Shown here: piece after piece, positions 52,187 to 62,856 of the stretch
Layout: each line of letters starts with the position of its first letter
How positions within the stretch are numbered: the first letter of the stretch is position 1
Source of the DNA: an uncultured virus (IMG/VR IMGVR_UViG_3300011008_000014)
Taxonomy: Duplodnaviria > Heunggongvirae > Uroviricota > Caudoviricetes
IMG/VR virus record: IMGVR_UViG_3300011008_000014
Direction: 5' to 3' (one strand)
DNA: 64,000 bases
The notes under the pieces: generated by a model
Seen by the model: the letters and a program-made list of their open reading frames with translations, nothing else
Database searches by the model: none
What the model was told of the DNA's origin: nothing
Made by a program: the position numbers and the translations under genes

Positions 52187-54920
52187 ATCAACTGTATGGA
52201 AGATTATCAGAGTTTTACTACACGGGAGCAGGAGGCAAGGCTGATTGAATTGGGCATAAAGCCCGAAACGGCAGACATGAACCGCATCCCGAAGGTCGGC
52301 GGCTACAGGATTACGTCGGAAAAGTCGGTGAACGCTACGCCTTGCTGGTCACTGGCTGGATTGCTGAATATATTGCCACGACAGATAAAGGACAAAGACG
52401 ATTGCCTCGTCTATGACCGCTTTGTCTGTGGCGACGTGGTGGATTACCGCTGCATCGACTATGAACTGTGGGGTGACTGTTTCAGTGACGGAACGCTGTT
52501 TGAGAATATCATCGCCTGTATTGCTGATTTCATCAAGAAGGGCTATATCAATAAAAAGTATCTGAAGGATGGAAAGAAAGATTGACGGCACGTTTCTGTA
52601 TGACCTTGGTATGCTTGGCAACAGGATTACGGAAGCAAAGAAGAATCTTGGCATTGTCGAGCAACTGACGGCGACTACCGATGTGCGGAAGCAGGCATTC
52701 AAGCAGAAGAATCCGCACATAACCAATCCCGCCAGCATTGACAGGATGTTTGATGACGAAATCAGAAAGTACCTTGATTTTGCAAAGACAAGCTACATGG
52801 AGGCTGAATCATCTGCAATAACTATCGGCGTGGAACTGCCGAAGCTGGATTTTGAAGGCTATCTGAAAGACTGCAAGGCAGCACCGCAAAGGGGATTCAA
52901 TCACGTCTGACTATGAAATGTTCGGGATGCAGATTCTATGAGAAGAGCAAGGTGTATGGAAACCATTGCGTATGCTTGGGTGCAAAGCCCTGTGATATGG
53001 ATTATCGTACAAAGAAGATTAAGAAACTGAAATCAAAAAGAAACGAGAAATGGAACAGAAGAAAATCAAATTGACAGGCCGCGACCTACACGCTGGCGAT
53101 GTCGTGCTTTCATACGGTGAACTGCACATTATCGGAACAATCGGACACACAGACGCATTCGATGATAGGATGGTGCATGTCATCCACCTACAGGATGCCG
53201 AGCCAGTGCCTTTGAATGACTTGGAACTGATGCAGCGCGTCGGTGCGAAGGTCAACGGCAATAATGTAGTGATTGGCGGCAATGGCGTGTCAGTGCAGTA
53301 TTACGTTGCTGGTGACGTTGTGAACATGACTGTCTGCTATGACAAGCGGCAGCATACGGAAGTGATGGAAGTCGGCAGAAACGCCTATCTGCATGTTGTT
53401 CAGCAGATGGCATGGAAGTACGGTCACGGTGAACTGAAAATAAAGATTAAGAACCAAAAGAAACAGAAGAAAGATGAAGGAACTGGCAATTAGAGACCTC
53501 CACATCGGGGATGTCGTAAGACTGAAAGCTGGTGTGCCTGTCAGCGGAAGCCGTATCGGGCGCGTCATGGAACTTTCGGATGGTAGCGTGTATATCGACG
53601 AGAAAGGCTACTATCAGCCTAATCAGCTGGAGGGCATTCATCTTGCGGAAGCACAGTTGCTTGTCAAGATGGGATTTGAGCATGACCAAACACAGAACTG
53701 CTTGAACTATGGAGGCCGTGTGCGTGTGTTCTACGACATGGCGCATAATGTTGACAGTGTGTTTGGGAAGAATGAGCGCGGCGAATGGAAGAGCCTGCAA
53801 TGTTTCTTTAAGGTCGAGTACCTGCATGAACTCCAGCAGATTTGCCACAAGCTGAACGGAATGGCTTTCGACATCAAACTGAAACGGTAGCATGATATAT
53901 AATCCAATGTTCGGCAAAAGGCAGGATTGCATCGACAGGAAAGAGAAGCATGGCAAGTGCAGGTATGACAGCAACAAGCCCACTGGCCGATTCTGCGACT
54001 ACTGGAAGAAGCGCATCAAGGATGCCGACTGTAAGAAGTGCAAGAAATGTGGCAAGATATGAAGCATTTCAGTCTGAATACTCTGCGGAAGCTGCAACGC
54101 CCTACGACTGAGACATCCGCGTATCGGAAAACGCGGATGATTCTCGGTTGCGGGCTGACTGTTGCCTACTGTTCATGGTCGGCAGCGGAGGATTTCCGTC
54201 GGCTGGTTGCCGCTGGCGTGAAACAGGCCAATGCGATGTCGTTTCAGCAGAATATGCTTGCAAGGGGATTCCACGACTTGCATCAAGAAGTGCTGACATC
54301 CGATGAAATGTGTGACAAGTACATCGACCTTCATGCGAATTTCCGAAAAATCGTCGAAGCCATCCAGTCGTATGGGATATTCCCCTTTGAACTGAAAGAC
54401 TATGAGGATTTCTGCAAGTCCGTCTATGACGGTTTCAGACTGGTAAGATACAAGCAGGGTGCAGCAGGTCATTATCCAGTTTACTCCAGTGCCGTGCTGA
54501 ACTATTCCGAAGGGTCGATTTCCGAGACTGAACTTGTGAATAACTTTGTGGTAGTCGATTTCGTTCATGGCAGAAAACGGCCTATCCTACCCTGTGAATT
54601 TCGGCAGTTTCTTTGTGATTTGTCGCTGGCAGTTGATGAAATGTGGCTGATATACGGTATTAGAACTGGTGCAAATGAAACATTATAACTTTATTCAATG
54701 ACAATAAAGAAACGAATAAAAAGCGGCTGAAAACCACATTATTTATATAATAAGGTGTATATAAGTACAAAAACCGCTTGAAATGTTAAATAAAGCAAAT
54801 AACTTTATTTTTCTTGCAAAAAGTTTTGGTAGTTCAAAAATTATTCGTAACTTTGCCAACAGAAAACAACAACAACCATTTAGAACAGCCGCCGACTGGT
54901 AAAACACAGGCACAGAGATT

Positions 54921-55841
54921 ATGGCAACAACGAAGTCACTTTCAGAGCAGGTAAACGAAGTAAAGAACAGCCGCATGGGTAAGGCCGCAAAGGTTCAAGA
55001 ACTGATTAAGCTGGGCATCACCCGTGACGAGATTACTATCATTCTTGGCAATGATGCTGGTGCATACATCCCTGCCACATCAAAGAAGTTTGTGGTCACT
55101 TTCGGAGTCGAAATGGAGACCTACAATGTCAACCGTGAGCAGATTCAGCAGATAGCCTTACAGAATGGCCTCCCTATTGAATATCAAGACTACAACCACC
55201 ATGACAGCCACAGCGTTTTCAAGTTCGTGACTGACGGTTCAATAGAAAACGCGAGAGGTTATCGTGACGATACTTGCATAGAGTGTGTAACACCTGTATT
55301 GAAGGGCAGAAATGGCTTGGCATCGCTGAAAAAGGCTTGTGCAACACTTAATGCCGCTGGTGCAAAGGTAAACAAGACCACAGGCTTGCACGTTCATATC
55401 GGTGCAAAGGACTTATCGGGTGAGCAGTATGCCAGCGTTTTTCAGAACTATCAGATGATGGAGTTGCTTATCGACAGCTTCATGGCAGAAAGCCGCCGTG
55501 CAAACAATGGATTCTACTGCAAGTCACTGAGAGGTAAGTATCTTTCAAGTTGTCATACACAGGAGGCCGTGAAAATCGCCCTTGGATGCAGCAGATACTT
55601 TAAAGTAAATCCCTGTAGCTGGTCACGTCATCAGACCATCGAGTTTCGCCAGCATCAAGGCAGCACCGATTTTGAAAAGATTTCAAACTGGGTGTCATTC
55701 TGTGCAAAGCTGGTTGTTTGGTCACGCGATAACCGTCTGACGAGCCCGATTTCAAGCATCGACGATATACCTTTCTTGACAAATGACGAAAAGGCATTTT
55801 TCAAGCGTCGCCAGCGGGCTTTTGCACGTCAGAGCAGATAA
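54921..55841 (+). CDS. Putative amidoligase (COOH-NH2 ligase type 2)
   Basis: TFGVEME, VTDGSI, ECVTPVL, TGLHVHIG, RY.KVN, TIEFRQH. Confidence 0.88.
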   Translation: MATTKSLSEQVNEVKNSRMGKAAKVQELIKLGITRDEITIILGNDAGAYIPATSKKFVVTFGVEMETYNVNREQIQQIALQNGLPIEYQDYNHHDSHSVFKFVTDGSIENARGYRDDTCIECVTPVLKGRNGLASLKKACATLNAAGAKVNKTTGLHVHIGAKDLSGEQYASVFQNYQMMELLIDSFMAESRRANNGFYCKSLRGKYLSSCHTQEAVKIALGCSRYFKVNPCSWSRHQTIEFRQHQGSTDFEKISNWVSFCAKLVVWSRDNRLTSPISSIDDIPFLTNDEKAFFKRRQRAFARQSR

Positions 55842-55935
55842 CTACAGGCCAGCGGGGTGAAAGCCCCGCACAGGCCGCGAAAACGGTCAAAATTCAAACA
55901 TTTCATTATCATCAACAAATTAAATTCAGAATATT

Positions 55936-56598
55936 ATGTGTGTTATTATCATAAAGCCAGCAGGCAAGCAGTTACCGACAGATTATGAACTCAGACAGGC
56001 TCACGCCCGTAATCCCCACGGATGCGGATTCGTATCAAAGACCTGCAACTATAAGGGCATGAACTTTGAGACCTTCTTGGAGAAGATTCACGAAGTACCC
56101 GTAAACGAGAACTGCATTATTCATTTCAGACTGGCAACGCACGGGAGCAAGTGCAAGGCCAACTGCCATCCCTTCAATCGCGGAACGATTTGGTTTGCCC
56201 ACAACGGCATTCTCAGCATCAGACCCGAAGGGGATATGACAGACAGCGAGACCGCTTTTCAGAATATCATCTACCCTGCCATACAGAAGTACGGATTCAA
56301 GTCGGCTTATGTGTCGAGGGTGGTAAACAAGATAATCGGCTGTTCAAAGTTCGCCATGATGGACGAATACGGCAACATCAGAACTTTTGGCCAGTACATC
56401 AGCTATCAAGGCCGAATGTATTCTAACCTGCATCACATCGACAGATGGGGCTACGGTCAAGTTCTGCCAATGCAGACGGCACTTATGCCTACGATGGATG
56501 ATGACACGGAACGGGATGAGTGGCCGAGTTTCGATGACTGGTACAGGTCAAGAAGGATGAACAGGGATGGCCGAAGGGTACGACGTGCCATAGTCTGA
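55936..56598 (+). CDS. Class II glutamine amidotransferase (Ntn hydrolase)
   Basis: Met-Cys start, NPHGCG, HFRLATHG, NCHPF, AHNGIL, TDSE. Confidence 0.9.
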   Translation: MCVIIIKPAGKQLPTDYELRQAHARNPHGCGFVSKTCNYKGMNFETFLEKIHEVPVNENCIIHFRLATHGSKCKANCHPFNRGTIWFAHNGILSIRPEGDMTDSETAFQNIIYPAIQKYGFKSAYVSRVVNKIIGCSKFAMMDEYGNIRTFGQYISYQGRMYSNLHHIDRWGYGQVLPMQTALMPTMDDDTERDEWPSFDDWYRSRRMNRDGRRVRRAIV

Positions 56599-56622
56599 CA
56601 CGTTCTAAATGGTTAGTTGTTT

Positions 56623-56657
56623 GGGGTGCATCTGCAAGGGTGCGCCCTTTTTTTTTG
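56623..56657 (+). terminator. Intrinsic terminator
   Basis: GGGTGCATC-TGCAAG-GGTGCGCCC followed by a long T run. Confidence 0.8.
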
Positions 56658-56998
56658 TGCCAGCGAGAGAGTACTCCAGCTTGAAAATATCATGGTTGCG
56701 GAAAGGAGAGATAACTCACCGAAATCGGTGTGTTTTACCAGCATTGCAGGATAGCCGTCTGAACCATCAAGAAAGACACATTGGATTTGCCCGTTTTCGT
56801 GGCCTGTGACTGCATTTCGCCGTTTGGTGTGATAAGTGTATCATCTGCCAGCACGAAACGGCCAAAATCGGCTTAAAAATGAATGTTATACGGTTTATTT
56901 TGTCACAAAAATAAATGGTGAAACAAGCCTTTTGAATAATCTGTGAAACATGAAAATACCTCTGTAACTTTGCGGTTGAATCAAATTTCAGAGACAAT

Positions 56999-57778
56999 AT
57001 GAACGAATTACAGAACAGAATTTTTGCCATGCTAAAACAAGCGTATTCGTCGCTTGGGTTAGGTGATGATGTCCTCAAACAACATGCCATCATGCTTGAG
57101 CAATCGGGCTTGGTGACTGCCGAGAACGTGGAAACGGTTGTAAAGTCGGATGCTCAGAAATCCTACTTGGAGAAGATGCAAAGCCAGTTAGACACTGTGC
57201 GCACGTCTGCCACCGAAAAAGGCCGCAAGAAAGCCGAGGAGGAGTACAACAAGAAGGAAGAAGAGCGTAAGGCCGCAGAAGAAGCCGCACGGAAGAAGAA
57301 GGAAGAGGAGGAGGCTGCTGCCGCCGCCGCTGCCGAAGAGGAAAGGCGCAAGAAGGAACTGGAGGGCAAGTCTGAATGGGAAAAGGCTCTCTCTGACCTC
57401 AAGGCTGAACAGGCCAAGCGCGAAAAGGAATGGGAAAAGAAGATGCAGGAAATGCTTAACGCAAGCAAGACATCTGAATCCACCATTGCCGACCTCAAAA
57501 AGCAGCTTTCTGACCGTGATGCTGCCGAAGCAGCCCGTGTCCGCATGGACGGAATCATCAAACAGGCAAAGGAATTGGGCGTACCGCAGTCCATGATTGA
57601 TTTGGGGCTTAACATCCCTGCCGATTGGGATGCTGACAAGACAACAAACTATCTGACCGCTATGGCGAACAACTGGAAGACATCTCACCTGCCTAACGAG
57701 CAGCAGAATCCTTTGGCAAACATCGGTGAGCCTAAGAAGGAAGATGTTGACGCTATCGCAGCTGAGTTGGTTCGTTAG
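56999..57778 (+). CDS. Capsid scaffolding protein
   Basis: Charged coiled-coil protein upstream of capsid genes; promoter TAACTTTG at about 56965. Confidence 0.75.
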   Translation: MNELQNRIFAMLKQAYSSLGLGDDVLKQHAIMLEQSGLVTAENVETVVKSDAQKSYLEKMQSQLDTVRTSATEKGRKKAEEEYNKKEEERKAAEEAARKKKEEEEAAAAAAAEEERRKKELEGKSEWEKALSDLKAEQAKREKEWEKKMQEMLNASKTSESTIADLKKQLSDRDAAEAARVRMDGIIKQAKELGVPQSMIDLGLNIPADWDADKTTNYLTAMANNWKTSHLPNEQQNPLANIGEPKKEDVDAIAAELVR

Positions 57779-57812
57779 TCCGTGAGTGTTTAACAATCAA
57801 TCAAGTAACAAA

Positions 57813-58568
57813 ATGGGAAAACAGATTGAATTAGCAAATCAGAATCGGGAACAAATCGTTTTCGGCTTGGACTCCATCATTATCCAAAAGTACATTTCGG
57901 GTTTCAAGGGTGGTCGTTCGCTGGACGTACCCGATGACTTCCCGCTGGAGGTGATTCATGCAGGCCATGTCATCATCACCGACGGCAACGGAAACTACAA
58001 GCCCATGCCCATTGTAGCCAAGACCCAAACCACAGGCGAAAGCAGCTACACCTATACGGAAGTAAGCGGTGACAGCCTGTATGCGGAGGTTGCAAGTCCT
58101 ACTGGCAATCCTTCCACAAGCGGCTACTATGAGAAGAGTGGCAGCGTCTACAGCCTTTCCGAGGATACATCTGTAGATGGAGAAAAGACGTATTACACCG
58201 CCAAGAACCCCAAGACCGAGGGCTGGTACACCAAGGCTGGCAGCGTATATTCTGCCACCAACGACACCACCCAGCAGGTCGGTACAACGTACTATGTGCG
58301 CTCGGGCTCTGAATCCGCTGGAACTTCCACGCTGGTAAAGGACGAGAACGGAAACCAAGTTTACGTTTACGGCTCTCTGCCCGCTGGTTACAGCTACGCT
58401 GGTGTACTGTACCGTTCCGTGAAGAAGTCAAAGCCGCTGGCATCCATTATGACCAACGGTGAAGTTAATAGTGAGGCACTGGTTGTCGCCATTGATAACA
58501 TCAAGTCGGCATTCCAAACGGCCTGCCCTCACGTAGTATTCATCAAAGACGAAGCAGAGGAGGAGTAA
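57813..58568 (+). CDS. Head decoration/structural protein with internal tandem repeat
   Basis: Between scaffold and capsid genes; two NP...G[YW]Y.K.GSVYS...DT......TYY units. Confidence 0.7.
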   Translation: MGKQIELANQNREQIVFGLDSIIIQKYISGFKGGRSLDVPDDFPLEVIHAGHVIITDGNGNYKPMPIVAKTQTTGESSYTYTEVSGDSLYAEVASPTGNPSTSGYYEKSGSVYSLSEDTSVDGEKTYYTAKNPKTEGWYTKAGSVYSATNDTTQQVGTTYYVRSGSESAGTSTLVKDENGNQVYVYGSLPAGYSYAGVLYRSVKKSKPLASIMTNGEVNSEALVVAIDNIKSAFQTACPHVVFIKDEAEEE

Positions 58569-58571
58569 ACT

Positions 58572-59654
58572 ATGCAACAGTCACTTTATTTCCAATACAC
58601 TGAGAAGTATTTTCCGCTGTTGGTTCTTTCCATCGTGGAAAAGCTGAACGAGAAGCGTCAGCAGTCACTTCCTTATCTGTATAAGGACATGCTTACCCCG
58701 CAGTACTCGTCTGATGGCATGTGGGCTTCCGTGCTTGCACAGTACACCCGCGTTGCCGCTGACGTTGTGGCCTTGGATGCCGAACTGCCGTTGAAGAGCC
58801 TTGACACCATCGAGGTCGCCCACGGTGAGATTCCCAAGCTGGGTATGAAGCTGTACCTTACGGAAAAGCAGATGAAGGACATCGAGAACATGATTGCAAA
58901 ACAGATGCCCATCCAGCAGATTATCGGCAAGATTTTCGTGAATCTGCGCCGCTGCATCGAGGGTATCTTCGAGCGTCTTGAGGACATGTTCCTTTCTGAA
59001 CTCTCTACTGGTGTCGGCCTCAGTTCGCGCAATGCCGGAACAGGCGTTCGCGTCACTGTCGGCTACCTTGACGCTAACCAGTTCGTTGCCAAGGCTAAGA
59101 CATGGGCAGACAATGCCGATGCGCTGGCCGTCGATGACATCGAGCAGATTTTCGACAAGGCACTGGAAGACCAAAACACCATTACCGATGTGTTCACCGA
59201 CGATTTCGCGCTCCGCGCCCTGTATAAGAACACGCAGTTCAAGCAGCTGTTCGCGTTCAATCAGAACTTTGTCGGCAGCAACATCCCGAACCTTGACTTC
59301 GACCAGCTTTCCGCTGTGTTCCTGCGCAAGTGGGGCGTGACCCTGCACCGCGTCAACCGTTCCATCAAGACCGAGGTCAACGGTATCAAGAAGAATCACA
59401 AGCCTTGGGCAGAGGGTCGCCTTGTGTTCACTTGTGATGCAGTAGTGGGTGATTTGGTATATACCAACACCGCCGAGCAGTCGCATCCCGTCGCTGGTGT
59501 GACGTATTCCACTGTCGAGGGCTACATCCTTTGCAGCCAGTATTCCAAGAATGACCCCCTGCGCGAGTTCACCTCGTCACAGGCAATGGCCGTTCCCGTA
59601 GTTCACAACGTAGACCAAATCTACACCCTTGACCCCAAGACGGTAGAGGGCTAA
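58572..59654 (+). CDS. Major capsid protein
   Basis: 360 aa, position in the head module, strong codon bias. Confidence 0.85.
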   Translation: MQQSLYFQYTEKYFPLLVLSIVEKLNEKRQQSLPYLYKDMLTPQYSSDGMWASVLAQYTRVAADVVALDAELPLKSLDTIEVAHGEIPKLGMKLYLTEKQMKDIENMIAKQMPIQQIIGKIFVNLRRCIEGIFERLEDMFLSELSTGVGLSSRNAGTGVRVTVGYLDANQFVAKAKTWADNADALAVDDIEQIFDKALEDQNTITDVFTDDFALRALYKNTQFKQLFAFNQNFVGSNIPNLDFDQLSAVFLRKWGVTLHRVNRSIKTEVNGIKKNHKPWAEGRLVFTCDAVVGDLVYTNTAEQSHPVAGVTYSTVEGYILCSQYSKNDPLREFTSSQAMAVPVVHNVDQIYTLDPKTVEG

Positions 59655-59674
59655 TCTGACGAAAGGAACTGGAT

Positions 59675-60163
59675 ATGGCAAAGATTAAGGTTATCACCCG
59701 TTTCCGCAACAAGTTCAACATCACTGAGTTCTTCAACGTCGGCGATGTGCTTGACTTCGACGCGGAACGTGCGAAGGATGTCATCAGCCGTGGCCTTGCC
59801 GTGGCTGTAGAAGAGAATCCAGCCGATGATGCCGAAGCTAAGGCCAAGGCCGAAGCGGAAGCCGCTGCAAAGGCAGAGGCCGAAGCCAAGGCGAAAGCCG
59901 AGGCAGAAGCAGCCAAGGCCGCTGAAAAGAAGGCCAAGGCCATCGAGAAGGCAGAGACGAAGGTTAAGAACTTGACGGAAAAGGCCGAAGCAGCCAAGGG
60001 CAAGGCCGATGAAGCTGCAAAGGCTGTCGGTGAAGCCGCTGACGAAGCAGCCAAGGCCAAGGCACAGAAAGCCGCTGACAAGGCAGCTGACGCGCTGAAA
60101 AAGGCCGAGGAAGCCCTCGCCAATGCCAAGAAGGAACTCGACGGACTGAAAGGTGACGAATAG
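59675..60163 (+). CDS. Ala/Lys/Glu-rich head-associated protein
   Basis: Short N-terminal domain plus AEAKAKAE low-complexity repeats. Confidence 0.75.
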   Translation: MAKIKVITRFRNKFNITEFFNVGDVLDFDAERAKDVISRGLAVAVEENPADDAEAKAKAEAEAAAKAEAEAKAKAEAEAAKAAEKKAKAIEKAETKVKNLTEKAEAAKGKADEAAKAVGEAADEAAKAKAQKAADKAADALKKAEEALANAKKELDGLKGDE

Positions 60164-60174
60164 CATCTGACGCT

Positions 60175-61532
60175 ATGACGATAAGAGAATACATATCCCA
60201 AAAACTGCCCTCCTTCAATCTGACGGAGGCGCAGTTTGCAGATATTTACGCAGACTACGGGCTGGATGTCAACCAAGACTATTCCATCGAAAACCAGTTG
60301 GCCGCTAACAAGGCCATCGTCGGCATCATCGAGGAGCAGGTGCTTGCACCGCGTCTTGCATCGGTCAATGAGGGCGGGTTCTCTATGTCGTGGAACTATT
60401 CGGACTTGGGTAAGCTGTATATGTACCTGTGTAACAAGTACGGGCTGACCCCGAAATCCGACGTGGTATCTCTTTTGGGAATCAACATGATAAAGGACGC
60501 TTCATCGAAATGGTAGGCTGATGTATTACGAACCACACATATTGCAGGTATGGCAGAACGAGCAGACGGAACATGACGAGTTCGGTCGAATCGTGAAGGT
60601 GTCAGATGGCGGCTGGGTGGATGTGTGCGGATGCCGATGCGACGACAACCATTCCAAGGAACTGAAAACCGAGACTGGCGAGACCTATCACTCCAGCTAC
60701 AGAATCGCATGTGACAAGACCACGGCGGTCAAGATGGGTGACAAGGTGCGCTGTCTGAACATGGATGATTTGTCGGAGCGCGGAAGCGGAATTGTCGGTG
60801 ATTTGGTCAAGACGAACTATCTGAACTACATGCAGATTTGGCTATGAGCGTTGTGGACTTCGACTTTTCCGACGTGGATGCTTTCATCCAGCAGGGCAAG
60901 AAGGAGGTCATGCAGAAGGAGGCTGAAATCGGTGCGGAAGCCGTGGAGTACAACGTCCGCGAGGGTGACTACAAGAATCACACCTTCAACCTGCGGCGGT
61001 CTAACGGCTTCGATGTGGATGAAGAGGGATTGGCGATAAAGAATACCGCAGACTACGCGAGTTATGTGGAATCAAAAGGCTACTTGGTGGCTGGTGCTGG
61101 TGCTATCTATGCCGAGAAAAGACTAAGGGAAGAAATCCAATGATAACAGCAAGCAATGTAGGTGACATCCTGCTTAGGGATTGCGGGGAGTTCGGAATCA
61201 GCGTTTACCGCAAGGGGAACGAGAAGATAGACCCCCAAGCCGAAAGGGTTGTCATCAGACCGCAAAGGCAGCAGGGCGAGACGGTGTGGCGCAAGGGATT
61301 CGTTGACGTGAACCTGTGCGTGCCCGACATCAGCGGCGAGGCGAATACGCCGAGGCTGGAGGAACTGGAACGCCTTGCATGGCAGCTGTTGGATAAGGGC
61401 GATGTCTCTGAGTTCGACGGCACGAAGTACACCTATCACATATCTTCCGTAGAGTCCGAGATAGCAGACGAACAGACGAAATGTCACTATGCGAATGTTA
61501 AGCTATTGTTTCAAGTATTTAATATCAACTGA
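60175..61532 (+). other. Four head-tail joining CDSs: 60175-60516 (adaptor), 60521-60847 (closure), 60844-61143 (HK97 gp10-like), 61140-61532 (tail terminator)
   Basis: Canonical order and sizes; NTADYASYVE motif in the third. Confidence 0.75.
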
Positions 61533-61534
61533 TT

Positions 61535-61951
61535 ATGGTATATGTAGGCATTAGAAGTGTGACGATTGGCAGCAACACGTTTACCAACGTCCACAATGAA
61601 ACGTGGAACTTCCACGAGGATGAGCCCGAGCGCGTTGAACTAATCAACCAAGTGACGGGCAAGCCCTATTATGTCGTACTGAAGCAGGGGTACAAGAAAA
61701 TCATCGAGTTCTCTGTCGGTGACTATACCGCTGCACAGCTGGCCGCATTGCAGGGTACTGACGGCAATCCTGTTTTCGCACAGGTTTCCGCAGTCTTGAA
61801 GAACGGTGAAATCGCTGCTTACCAAGCAATGATTATCGCCACCCGCGAGACGCAGGACACTGCCATTCTGATGAAGGTGCAGTGTATCGAGTGCGACTAC
61901 ACACCCGATGTTGTCAACGGTGGCAGCGGAAGCGGAAGTCAAGCAGGCTAA
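61535..61951 (+). CDS. Probable tail tube protein
   Basis: Position before a terminator and the chaperone genes; beta-rich. Confidence 0.65.
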   Translation: MVYVGIRSVTIGSNTFTNVHNETWNFHEDEPERVELINQVTGKPYYVVLKQGYKKIIEFSVGDYTAAQLAALQGTDGNPVFAQVSAVLKNGEIAAYQAMIIATRETQDTAILMKVQCIECDYTPDVVNGGSGSGSQAG

Positions 61952-61974
61952 AACCGTGTATCAATAACCAACAA

Positions 61975-62013
61975 TGGGGAGGATGTGCTGTTATCCCGCA
62001 TCCTCCCCTGTTT
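61975..62013 (+). terminator. Intrinsic terminator
   Basis: GGGGAGGATG / CATCCTCCCC followed by TGTTT. Confidence 0.75.
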
Positions 62014-62027
62014 AATTAAATAGTAGT

Positions 62028-62704
62028 ATGGAAGAAGAGAACATTCAGATACCCAATGCGGCCAAGACCGTAAGCAGCGCGCTTCTCGGAATGGATATAA
62101 AGGTTGTGCTGGTGAACGATAAAAGGTATGTGTTGAAGCCGCCGACGATAGATAAGTTAGCTGGAGGCGGCTACTGGCTGTCAACATTCGACCGCGAAGG
62201 AAAGAACACCATCGACGAAATCATCATGGCAATGACCGACATCGTGCCAGTCTGCAAGGCTTTGTCGTGGATGATACAGGGTGACGAGTCGCTGGAGGAG
62301 GAGTTGCGCAAGGGAACACTGGAAGAGAATCTTGTTGCCCTGTGTACTGCCTTTAGCTTGGTGAATACCAAAAATTTTCAGATGCTATCAGCTTTAGCAA
62401 GGAACGTCGGAAGACTGATAGCAAAACCAAAACGACAACAGTAGGCAATGAGTGTCTGCTGGGTCAGATAGCGACGTTCATGGAGAACCTGCACCTGTCA
62501 TACGAAGATGTGGTGTATAGGATTCCGTACAGGAACTTGCAGATTATGATGAAGGATAAACTGCATACCATCTATGGCGAGGTTGACCACGAAGTCGATA
62601 GTCTTGATGAATACTACAGGCTCATGGGGCGTGAGAACCCGTTCAAGAAGCCGTCGGAAGGTGCGGATGATTCACAATCCGAAATGGTGAAAACAAGCGA
62701 ATAA
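62028..62704 (+). CDS. Tail assembly chaperone G (62028-62444) and G-T fusion via -1 frameshift (to 62704)
   Basis: In-frame slippery heptamer A AAT TTT at 62372-62378; the -1 frame is open from 62357 to 62704. Confidence 0.75.
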
Positions 62705-62856
62705 ATTTACATTGTGCCTCAGAAATAAAGCGGTATATTTGCATCAGAAATGAATGATGTGCTGCCGCACGGCACGGAATGACATAGGAAAAGTTTTAGG
62801 GGTGGATTCGGGAAGTGCGGTCTCGTTTCTGCCCCGCTTTCGTAAAAAGAAGTAGT

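Noticed and set aside
59820..60140. GCC/AAG-rich repeats as a DNA repeat element
   Set aside because: Explained by Ala/Lys/Glu low-complexity coding sequence; the same applies to 57230-57360.
42364..60276. Long minus-strand ORFs (42364-43152, 58665-59486, 59569-60276 and similar)
   Set aside because: Antisense shadows of codon-biased plus-strand genes with no recognisable motifs.
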